From Vicinamibacterales bacterium (GTDB lineage Bacteria > Acidobacteriota > Vicinamibacteria > Vicinamibacterales > UBA2999), in contig JBFWVR010000002.1 of assembly GCA_050246635.1 (NCBI GenBank), positions 373,938 to 437,937 of the forward strand: DNA of 64,000 bases. Reading direction: 5' to 3'. The notes beneath the pieces were generated by a model, which saw nothing but the letters and a program-made list of their open reading frames with translations, was not told where the DNA came from and ran no database searches. The translations under genes were made by a program, and so were the position numbers. Below are positions 9,200 to 16,831 of this stretch, piece by piece. The number at the start of each line of letters is the position of its first letter. Positions within the stretch are counted from its first letter, which is position 1.

Positions 9200-10192
9200 T
9201 CAGTCGGCATAACGGTTGTCGCGATACGCGCGATTGAGGAGCTGGGCCCGCGCGGCGTCGGGATCCGGATCCTCCGCCTTGCGCCGCTGCTTCCGGACCA
9301 GGCGCTCCGTCTGCGCCTCGATGGACTGGCGGACCTCCTCAGCCACGTGCGTCCACGGCTCGCCATCCGGCAGGCCCGCGCCCGCGGCGCGCGCCGCGAG
9401 CTCGGCGGCGACATCGAAATGCTTGAAGGCCAGCGCCAGCATGATCTGCTGCGCCAGGCGCCTGGACGCGACGGTCGCGTCCGCGGTCCCTGGATCCGCC
9501 TCCCGCAGGTAGAGGCAGTGCGCCCAGGTCGGCACCCGTCGCGAATAGGCGTCCTTGCGATAGCCGTGGCGCCGCAGCAGCGTGCGGTAGAGGCCGAAGA
9601 GGCCGAAGCCCTCGGCGCGCAGGAAGGCGTCGATGTCGGCGAACAGTGACTGTCCCTTGTAGAAGGGGTGGAAGAGCGCCTCCACGTAGATGCCCATGAC
9701 GCTGCCCAGCAGGCGGGGCCCCGACTGGAGAATCTCGAGCTCCGTGCCCTGGGTGTCGAGCTTCAGGAAACAGGCGTCCTCGAACCCGTATCGCGCGGCG
9801 GCGGTGTCGAGGCGCGTGGTGGGCACCGTGGCCACGCCGGAGTACTCGAAGTCGCGCGCGAGGCAGAAGCGGCCGACGACCTCGGGATCGGGGGGCAGGA
9901 GCGATCCCATGCCCGGGTTGGCGGTGAGGTAGAGCTGCCCGCTTCCCTCCTGCCCGGCAATGGCGTCGGTGATCACCGTGACGGACCGCCACGGGACCTC
10001 CTGCGCCAGCGTCTCGCGGAGCCGCTCGGCCTCACGGGCGTCAGGCTCGCACGTGAAGTAGTCGGCGACGGGCGCGAACGGCAGGAGCTGCGGCACCGCC
10101 GCCCCGCGCCCGCCGACGTCCACGAACTTCAGGCCGGCGCCGGCCAGCAGCCCGGCGAGCACCGGCATGTGATCGAGAGGCTGGTACTTCAC
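9200..10192 (-). CDS. FkbM-family methyltransferase
   Basis: C-terminal 330 aa of ORF 9200..11047. Proposed GTG start at 10192-10190 forms a GTGA overlap with the upstream stop; ATG 10168 is an alternative. Contains FVDVGGRGA…, CFLKLDTQGTELEILQSG and a charged tail. Confidence 0.75.
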   Translation of the reverse strand: MKYQPLDHMPVLAGLLAGAGLKFVDVGGRGAAVPQLLPFAPVADYFTCEPDAREAERLRETLAQEVPWRSVTVITDAIAGQEGSGQLYLTANPGMGSLLPPDPEVVGRFCLARDFEYSGVATVPTTRLDTAAARYGFEDACFLKLDTQGTELEILQSGPRLLGSVMGIYVEALFHPFYKGQSLFADIDAFLRAEGFGLFGLYRTLLRRHGYRKDAYSRRVPTWAHCLYLREADPGTADATVASRRLAQQIMLALAFKHFDVAAELAARAAGAGLPDGEPWTHVAEEVRQSIEAQTERLVRKQRRKAEDPDPDAARAQLLNRAYRDNRYAD

Positions 10193-10947
10193 CGTTTGAC
10201 CAGCATGAGCTGCTCGGTGCGCATGTCCCAGGCCTGGAAGCCGGGCGTGCGCTCGAGGAACTCGACCGTGGCCCTGGGCACGCCCGGGCACTTTCCCGAC
10301 GCGTAGTCGTCCATGACGAAGACGCCACCCGGCACCATGCGGGGCGCGAAGTAGTCGAGGCAGTCCAGCGTCGGCTCGTACAGGTCCGTGTCGATGTGCA
10401 CGAGACGGTAGGCCGACTCGGGCAGGCCGGGCAGCGAGCGCGACACCTCGCCCTTGTGGACCTGCAGCTGCGTGAACGCCGAGAGGTACTCCCGCACGTC
10501 GTCGTAGCTGGTGGCGCCGAACTGCCCGGCGGTGTGGAAGGGATCGTGCTCGGTGATCTTCTCCCCCGGGTGCCCCTCGAACGTGTCGAACACGTGCACG
10601 GGCACCTCCCCGCCGCACATCTCCTGGAAACAGCTCGCGATGAAGAACGCCGAGCCACCGCGGAACGACCCGATCTCGGCGGCAGCGCCCGGCAGGTCGT
10701 GCACGTTGCGAATCGCCTGCCAGAACACATACAGCCGGTCGTAGCCCAGGAGGGTCCGCCCGGACTTGACCACTGGATCGGCCAGCCGGAAGAAATCCTG
10801 GTCGGGCCGGAACGCCAGCGCGTGTTTGCCCTTGCGGTACTTCTCCATCGGCCGGTGGATCCAGAGCGCGGGATCCCGCGGCCGCTTCTCCTTGGCGGGC
10901 GCGGCCGGGGCGGCGTCCACTGCATCCTGCTTGCCGTCTGACGTCAT
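10189..10947 (-). CDS. TylF/MycF-like (macrocin-O-methyltransferase family) sugar O-methyltransferase
   Basis: Part of ORF 10189..11022. Start at ATG 10947 (MTSDGKQ…) with ATGA overlap (tcat 10944-10947). Contains AAEIGSFRGGSA…VHVFDTFEGHP…LVHIDTDLYEPTLDCLDYFAPRMVPGGVFVMDDY, the typical metal-dependent TylF fold signature. Confidence 0.8.
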   Translation of the reverse strand: MTSDGKQDAVDAAPAAPAKEKRPRDPALWIHRPMEKYRKGKHALAFRPDQDFFRLADPVVKSGRTLLGYDRLYVFWQAIRNVHDLPGAAAEIGSFRGGSAFFIASCFQEMCGGEVPVHVFDTFEGHPGEKITEHDPFHTAGQFGATSYDDVREYLSAFTQLQVHKGEVSRSLPGLPESAYRLVHIDTDLYEPTLDCLDYFAPRMVPGGVFVMDDYASGKCPGVPRATVEFLERTPGFQAWDMRTEQLMLVKR

Positions 10948-13268
10948 CGCATCTCCTCGGCGGCCTCCCGGGGCGGGAACGCCGCGGCGTCTTCGACCGG
11001 CACCAGCTGAAGGGGCGCCCACGTGCCCCTCGCGCAGACGGCCGCAATCACGCCGGCCTCCTCGGCCGGCAGGGTCTCGTGGAGGACGGCATAGGCCGGC
11101 GTGCCCTGGGCGGCGGCCAACACGGCCAGATCGCCGTACGGCCCGACGAAGGCGTGCGCCCCTGCGAGTGCACCTGCCTGAGCCTCGAGCGCCTCGGTGC
11201 CATCGAGCCGCACGATCGCACGGCCGCCAGCCACGCGTGTCGCGAGCGCCGCCGGCCCGGCGCCCGATTCGTCCGGCGTGGCCACGACCACGCGGCCGGT
11301 CGCCGCCGGTGCCGCAGGGGCCGGCAGGCGCTCGTGCCGCAGCACCTCCAGCAGGCGGGCCGGCTCGCGGTCACTGTGGATGCGCTGCAGCACGCGGAAG
11401 AACATCAGCGGGTGCAGTGACTGGTAGTCGGTCACGTCCATCATGGCGGCCGCCCGCTGGAGGATGTCCTCATCGAACGGGTACATCACGGCCTGCTTCG
11501 GGTTCTGCTGGCTCTGCGGAACGGTGCGGCTCAGGCCCTCGTCGAACTCGCGGCCACGGAACAGCTCACGGGCATCCAGGTACCGTGGCGCGAGGGCGCC
11601 GTACCAGTCCCGCGCGCCCGCCCGCGAGACCACCGTCAGGCGATCGGGCGCGATGCCGTAGGTCTGCACCGCCCACCGGACGAACGGAATCCAGTACAGC
11701 AACTCCAGCCGGATGTCGTCGAGCCACGGCCCGATGAAGACCGGCCCCGAGGACTCGCGGATTTCCTCCAGTGCGGTGCGGACCGGCCGCAGGGACATGT
11801 TGGTCGCCACCGGACTCGTGTCCGGGGCGGACTGCCCGCCCGCGTGCGCGTATTGGCGGCGCAGCCAGGCACGCAACGCCCAGCGCAACGGCGGATGCCA
11901 GGGCGGCGTGAACCGTCGCGGCGACTTGCGCAGGGCGCCGACCCGCTCGATCTCGTCGGCGAGGATCGGCGAGACCGGCTGCGCGATTCCGCGCGGCCGC
12001 AGGAACTGCTCGGCGAAGGCGCGACTGCGGGCCGACACCTGCGGCTCCCCGGCCAGCAGGGGCGCGAGCTGCCGGTGATGTTCCTCGAAGGACGCGGCCG
12101 GCTGGACGAGGCCGCCGAAGGCCTCGACGAGGTAGCGGAAGTGGATGGTGCCGACCTGCCCCTCGTCGAAGCCCGGAATCAACAGCGTCAGCACGGGCCG
12201 GCCGACGATGGCGGCCTCGAGCATCGCGCTCGTGTTGAGCCCGACGGCGGCGTGCGCGTGATACAGGGAGTCGAAGAGCTCCTGGTCGGCGCCGCGGCTT
12301 GCGTCGAGTGAGAGCGCGACGTTGCCGAGCGACGTGAAGTCGACGGTGGTCCACGACGCTCGGAGGGCGGGATGCGGACGCACCAGCAGGCCACACTCGC
12401 GGACCGCCGCGTCGGGCGACTGGCGCGTGGCTTCGACCCACTGGCGCACGAGCTCCATCTCGTTCGGGCCGGTGAGCTGCGACGATCCCAGGTAGAGGAC
12501 GAACGGCCGCCGCGGATCCAGGCCGTACTGCGCGCAGAACGCGTCGCGGCTCGTCGCCGGCACCCGGGCGAAGAACTCGTCGAAGCGCGCGGCGCCTGCG
12601 ATCGCCACCGCGTCGGGCCGCGCCCCGTGCAGCTCCACGGCCTCGCGGCGCTGCACCTCGTTCCAGACGATGACGCGGTCCGGGTGCACCCGCATCAGGC
12701 CCTTGTTCGTCAGGTTGTCCCAGCTGAAGGGCAGGAACCCGACGGGGATCCCGAGGCGGTGCGCCGCCTTGACGTAGTCCGTCTGGTACGACTCGAAGGT
12801 CACGAGCGGCGTGACGAGCATCAGGTCGGGGTTCTCGTCGCGAACGAACTGCTCGATCGCCGGGTCGCTCGGAATGAGGCGTTCGGCGTAGGCGAGCACA
12901 CCCGCCAGCCGTCGCGCATGTCGCCGGACCCACGCGTGGTTCCGGCAGAACAGCGCGAACCCGGTCGGGGCGATCTCGTAGGCCCGCCGCACCAGGCGGG
13001 TCGCCTGGTCGAACTCCGGCCCGAGGTACCGCAGGTAGTCGCGGGCCCCGCGGAGGCCCTCCACGTACGGACGCCACGCGTCGCTGCGTGTCGTCGGGTT
13101 CTCGCGCGCGGTGACGCCCTTCACCGAGAACTGCCTGGGCAGCGCGAACCGTCCCTTGCGTGGCCGCCCGGTGAGCTGCAGGGTATGGCCCCGGCCGGCC
13201 AGGATCGTGATCGCCTGCTCGAAGTTGCGGATGCGGCTCGTCGCGCCGAGCACGAACAGGATCTTCAT
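10944..13268 (-). CDS. paralog family copy P4 plus an unassigned ~300-aa C-terminal domain
   Basis: Part of ORF 10944..13304. Start at ATG 13268 (MKILFVLGATSRIRNFEQ…) with ATGA overlap (tcat 13265-13268). Motifs: FSWDNLTNKG, VWNEVQRREAVELHG, LLVRPHPA, AVGLNTSAMLEAAIVGRPV, GQVGTIHFRYLV. The C-terminal domain begins …VFIGPWLDDIRLELLYWIPFVRW…. Confidence 0.8.
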   Translation of the reverse strand: MKILFVLGATSRIRNFEQAITILAGRGHTLQLTGRPRKGRFALPRQFSVKGVTARENPTTRSDAWRPYVEGLRGARDYLRYLGPEFDQATRLVRRAYEIAPTGFALFCRNHAWVRRHARRLAGVLAYAERLIPSDPAIEQFVRDENPDLMLVTPLVTFESYQTDYVKAAHRLGIPVGFLPFSWDNLTNKGLMRVHPDRVIVWNEVQRREAVELHGARPDAVAIAGAARFDEFFARVPATSRDAFCAQYGLDPRRPFVLYLGSSQLTGPNEMELVRQWVEATRQSPDAAVRECGLLVRPHPALRASWTTVDFTSLGNVALSLDASRGADQELFDSLYHAHAAVGLNTSAMLEAAIVGRPVLTLLIPGFDEGQVGTIHFRYLVEAFGGLVQPAASFEEHHRQLAPLLAGEPQVSARSRAFAEQFLRPRGIAQPVSPILADEIERVGALRKSPRRFTPPWHPPLRWALRAWLRRQYAHAGGQSAPDTSPVATNMSLRPVRTALEEIRESSGPVFIGPWLDDIRLELLYWIPFVRWAVQTYGIAPDRLTVVSRAGARDWYGALAPRYLDARELFRGREFDEGLSRTVPQSQQNPKQAVMYPFDEDILQRAAAMMDVTDYQSLHPLMFFRVLQRIHSDREPARLLEVLRHERLPAPAAPAATGRVVVATPDESGAGPAALATRVAGGRAIVRLDGTEALEAQAGALAGAHAFVGPYGDLAVLAAAQGTPAYAVLHETLPAEEAGVIAAVCARGTWAPLQLVPVEDAAAFPPREAAEEMR

Positions 13269-14194
13269 GCCCGTCCGCCTTCGGCCGGGCGACGGCGCAC
13301 CCACCCGGGGAACCGCTCGTCCAGCAGCCTGACCGCCGTGCGCAGGTCACGCTCGACCGATGTCCACCACTGCAGCGCTGCCGCCTGGAGTGATCGCGCG
13401 CGGCCGATGGCCGGGCGGCCGCGCCCGCACACCCCGAAATCCCACGCCAGGACGGCGGCGTGCGTCAGGTGCGTCGGCAGGTAGGTCTGGATAGGGGCCG
13501 GCCCGCCGAAGAGCGAGTCCCGCTGCCGCTGTTTGCTGAACCCCTTCCGGATCTCGCGGTACCAGAGCAGCTCCCGCACCTGCCGGAACTCCCCGAGCAG
13601 CGACAGCGCGAGCAGCACCTGGCGGTCGGGCATCAGCACGCGCCGGAACACGCCCGCACGGCCGAGGGCGTTTGCACGGAACAACCCGTAGATCATGTTG
13701 CCGGCCATCATCTGGACGGAGGCCTTGCGGAGGCGCGCGTGCGGATCGTCCAGCCCGCTCGTCTCGAACCCCCTGTTGATCTCCGGCCGGTGGTGCTCGC
13801 GCCGCCGCAGCGCCTGCGGATACGCCAGGACGGCGTCCGGGTGGGCGTCGAGCTCGGCGACGAGCGCCTCCAGCCAGCGGGGATGCCACACGTCGTGATC
13901 GCTGACCCAGGCGAAGTACTCGGCGTCCGGGTGGAGCGCGCGGGCGCGCGCGTAGCACCGCCGCCAGTTGGCAATCATGCCGAGGCGCCGCGGGTTGCGC
14001 TCGTAGGTGAGGCGGGCATCCGACGCAACATACGCCGATGCCACGCGGCCCAGATCGTCGGTCGTCGAGTCGTCCTCGATGACGAGCGCGAAGCGCTCGA
14101 AGGTCTGCGCGAGGAGCGACTCGACCGTCTCCGGCAGCGCGTCCGCCCGGTTGTAGGCGGGCAGGGCGAGCACGACACGAGGCGAGCCGGTCAC
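13265..14194 (-). CDS. GT2-family (GT-A fold) glycosyltransferase
   Basis: 309-aa ORF with a GTG start at 14194 in a GTGA overlap (tcac 14191-14194). VVLALPAYNRADALPETVESLLAQTFERFALVIEDDSTTD is the canonical GT2 N-terminus with an acidic DxD-like motif. Confidence 0.8.
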   Translation of the reverse strand: MTGSPRVVLALPAYNRADALPETVESLLAQTFERFALVIEDDSTTDDLGRVASAYVASDARLTYERNPRRLGMIANWRRCYARARALHPDAEYFAWVSDHDVWHPRWLEALVAELDAHPDAVLAYPQALRRREHHRPEINRGFETSGLDDPHARLRKASVQMMAGNMIYGLFRANALGRAGVFRRVLMPDRQVLLALSLLGEFRQVRELLWYREIRKGFSKQRQRDSLFGGPAPIQTYLPTHLTHAAVLAWDFGVCGRGRPAIGRARSLQAAALQWWTSVERDLRTAVRLLDERFPGWVRRRPAEGGRA

Positions 14195-16815
14195 GCGGCG
14201 CGCCTCCGCCAGCCCAGGCGGTGGACCCGCTCGACCCCGTCACCGGTGCCACGGAAGCCATGCAGGACGGGCATGCCGTCATACCGCGGCACGGGCAGCT
14301 CGTACATCCAGAACCGGCGCGCGAGCACCGCATCGAGCGGCGGCCCGCCGTCCGCAGGCTCGTGGTCGCGCGGCCCCAGCGAATAGAAATAGCGCACGCC
14401 CATCCGGTGCGCGGCCTCGACCGTCGCCTCGCGTGCCGCCGGGGACGTGCGCTCGAGGTACCGCGTGTCGAGCGCCACGTCGAGACCGGCCCCGGCCGGC
14501 GCGTCCGCCAGGGCCGCCTCGGTGGCGAACGCGAAGTCGCAGCCCGACAGGTCACGCCAGAACGCGGCGCCCGGCACCTCGTCATGGAACCGCACGCGCG
14601 CGCCCGGGAAGAGGGTCATGAGGTAGGTCGCCGACGCGATGAGCAGTTCGGGTGCGGCGGTGATCACGTAGGTGGCGTGCGGATACACGGACTTCACGTG
14701 ATAGGCGAGGCCGGCCCAGCGGGCGCCGGGCTGCCAGAACACCGGGGCCGCGCCGGGCTCCGCGAACGGCGTGAGCACGGCCCCACACTCGAGCGCCGAC
14801 AGCACCTCGAAATGCCCGAGCGTCTCGTCGTTGAACAGCCGCTCGCCGTCGTCCGACTCCGCGGCGAACCCGAACCCGCCGAGCAGCGGCGGCTCGGGCA
14901 CGAGGAGCGCCGGAGTGCCGACCTTCAGGAGCCGTCCCTGATCGAGGAAGAAGCGCTTGCGGGCCTCGCCCGCCGCGTCGTACCGGCCCGGGTCTGCGCC
15001 CTCGGCCGCGGCGCCCAGCCGCCGCAGCTCCGACCAGGACGGCGGCGCGGTGTCGCGGAGCGCCGCCAGCACCGCAATCGCCCGCAGCTCGTCCGCGGAC
15101 CGCTCCTGCTCCGGCGCCGACATGCGACACACGTGCTCGCGGGCGATCCGGTAGTTGTCGCACGCGCGCGCGGCCGCCTCGTCCCGCGCGCGGGCTGCCG
15201 CCTCGCTGGCCGCCGCCTTCTGCTCCTGGTCGGCCAGCCGCCGGGCACGGCGTGCCTCACGCGCCTGCCGCGCGCGGTCACGCTCATCCTGGCCGCCGGC
15301 CTTCCGCGCCGCCGGCCTGCCGGCCTTCTTCGCGGGACGGCGTGTGTCACGCGCCAGGCGATCGCGTTCGGCCCGCTCGTACTGCTCGGCAAGCCCGCGC
15401 AGCGCGTTGCGGACGATCGTCGTCCCCCCGCCAGGCCGCGGCGGGGCCGGGCGCGGACCGGCGGCCGTGGCCTCGAGCGCGACGACGAGCCGGGGCGTGG
15501 CGGGCTCGGCCAGCCCAGCCGGCCGCACGAAGGCCTCGACGAAGGCCGATGGGCCGGGGGCCGACGGTGCCAGGACCTCGGCCTCGAGCTGCGCGACGTG
15601 CGTCTCCATGTCGCGCGCCACGGCCAACAGCCCCCCGCTGACACCCGTCAGGTGATGGAAGTGCAGCGTGCCTTCCTGTGTGTCGCGGAACTCCTCGTCC
15701 AGCAGCGTGAACACCCGGCGCCCGACGATGCCACTCTCGATCTGGGCGCTGGTGTTCACGCCCACGACACCGGAGCTGTAGTAGATGGACTCGAAGTAGT
15801 CGGCACGCGACCCGGCGTCGATCGGGTTGCCTCCCACGCGCGGCCAGACACTCACCGCGTCGAGATCACCGAGGTCCACGCCGTCCCAGGCCTCGGTGTT
15901 CTGCGGGTGCGGTCGCACCAGCACGCTCAGCCCGGCCAGCACGGCGGACCGCTCGCGCAGCGCCGTGATCCACCGGCGCACGAACCGCGCCTCGTCCGGT
16001 GCGATGAACCGCGACGAGCACAGATACAGGAGGTACGGCCGGCCGGCGGGCAGGCCCGCGGCGGCGAGGAACGCCTCGCGATCGCGCGCCGGCTGCCACG
16101 TGAACCACTGGTCGTAGGCGGGCGCCCCGGTCACGACAATCCGGTCGGCGGGCACGCCGTGCAGCGTCGTCGCCTCGTGCCGCATCGCCTCGTTCCAGAC
16201 GGCCACGAGATCGAGCGTGTCGTGAATGAGCCCCTTGTTCGTCAGGTTGTCCCAGCTGTACACGCAGAGGGCCGCGGGCACGCCCGCGGCGCGCGCGCTC
16301 CGGACGTAGGTCGACTGCGGACTGCCCGGCTCGACGAGCGGCGTGACCACCAGCAGGTCTGGCGCCTGGTCGCGCACCCAGGCATCCACCTGCGGATCGG
16401 TCGGCAACGCGGCGTCGATCCACCGCAGTCCACCGGCCAGAGCGGCGCGTCCGCGCGGCGACGCCACGCCGGGCACGGCCAGGAGACGCCGGACGAATGG
16501 TGGCGCCGTGCGTTCGGCCCTCGCCCGCAGCTTCGGGGCGGTCGCGTACTCCGGCCCGAGGTACCGCAGGTAGTCGATGCCCCGGCGGACGGCTTCCCCG
16601 AGCAGGCTCCAGCCGTGCGGCCTGCGCGCGGGAACCGGCCCGGTCGTGATCCCCGTGCATGCCTGCGCAAGCCGATCGGCGAGTCCCCCGTCGGCTCCGC
16701 TCTTGTGTGGCGCCGCGGCGACGTGCACCGTGTGGCCACGCGCAGCCAGGAGCCGAAGCGTCGACTCGAAGTTGCGCACGTACACCGTGCTGCGCATGAC
16801 GAAGAGGATCTTCAC
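14191..16815 (-). CDS. paralog family copy P5 plus long charged linker plus unassigned ~320-aa C-terminal domain
   Basis: Part of ORF 14191..17262. Start at GTG 16815 (VKILFVMRSTVYVRNFES…), 16 nt after the upstream stop at 16832. Motifs: YSWDNLTNKG, VWNEAMRHEATTLHGVP, VLVRPHPQN, VVGVNTSAQIESGIVGRRV, TQEGTLHFHHLT. Linker: RAERDRLARDTRRPAKK…RARQAREARRARRLADQEQKAAASEAAARARDEAAAR (nt ~15148-15384). Confidence 0.8.
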   Translation of the reverse strand: MKILFVMRSTVYVRNFESTLRLLAARGHTVHVAAAPHKSGADGGLADRLAQACTGITTGPVPARRPHGWSLLGEAVRRGIDYLRYLGPEYATAPKLRARAERTAPPFVRRLLAVPGVASPRGRAALAGGLRWIDAALPTDPQVDAWVRDQAPDLLVVTPLVEPGSPQSTYVRSARAAGVPAALCVYSWDNLTNKGLIHDTLDLVAVWNEAMRHEATTLHGVPADRIVVTGAPAYDQWFTWQPARDREAFLAAAGLPAGRPYLLYLCSSRFIAPDEARFVRRWITALRERSAVLAGLSVLVRPHPQNTEAWDGVDLGDLDAVSVWPRVGGNPIDAGSRADYFESIYYSSGVVGVNTSAQIESGIVGRRVFTLLDEEFRDTQEGTLHFHHLTGVSGGLLAVARDMETHVAQLEAEVLAPSAPGPSAFVEAFVRPAGLAEPATPRLVVALEATAAGPRPAPPRPGGGTTIVRNALRGLAEQYERAERDRLARDTRRPAKKAGRPAARKAGGQDERDRARQAREARRARRLADQEQKAAASEAAARARDEAAARACDNYRIAREHVCRMSAPEQERSADELRAIAVLAALRDTAPPSWSELRRLGAAAEGADPGRYDAAGEARKRFFLDQGRLLKVGTPALLVPEPPLLGGFGFAAESDDGERLFNDETLGHFEVLSALECGAVLTPFAEPGAAPVFWQPGARWAGLAYHVKSVYPHATYVITAAPELLIASATYLMTLFPGARVRFHDEVPGAAFWRDLSGCDFAFATEAALADAPAGAGLDVALDTRYLERTSPAAREATVEAAHRMGVRYFYSLGPRDHEPADGGPPLDAVLARRFWMYELPVPRYDGMPVLHGFRGTGDGVERVHRLGWRRRAA

Positions 16816-16831
16816 GGGTGCTGGACGCCCT

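Noticed and set aside
9200-11047. Treating ORF-track maxima as full genes, for example 9200-11047 (615 aa), 14191-17262 (1023 aa), 19318-20787 (489 aa), 25650-27752 (700 aa), 28584-30173 (529 aa), 29501-31099 (532 aa), 42482-44071, 48895-50997, 52844-54355 and 59336-60442
   Set aside because: The N-terminal extensions overlap the upstream gene in another frame and are R/G/P-rich. Homology with paralogs and known enzyme N-termini, together with the recurrent ATGA/GTGA junctions, places the real starts internally.
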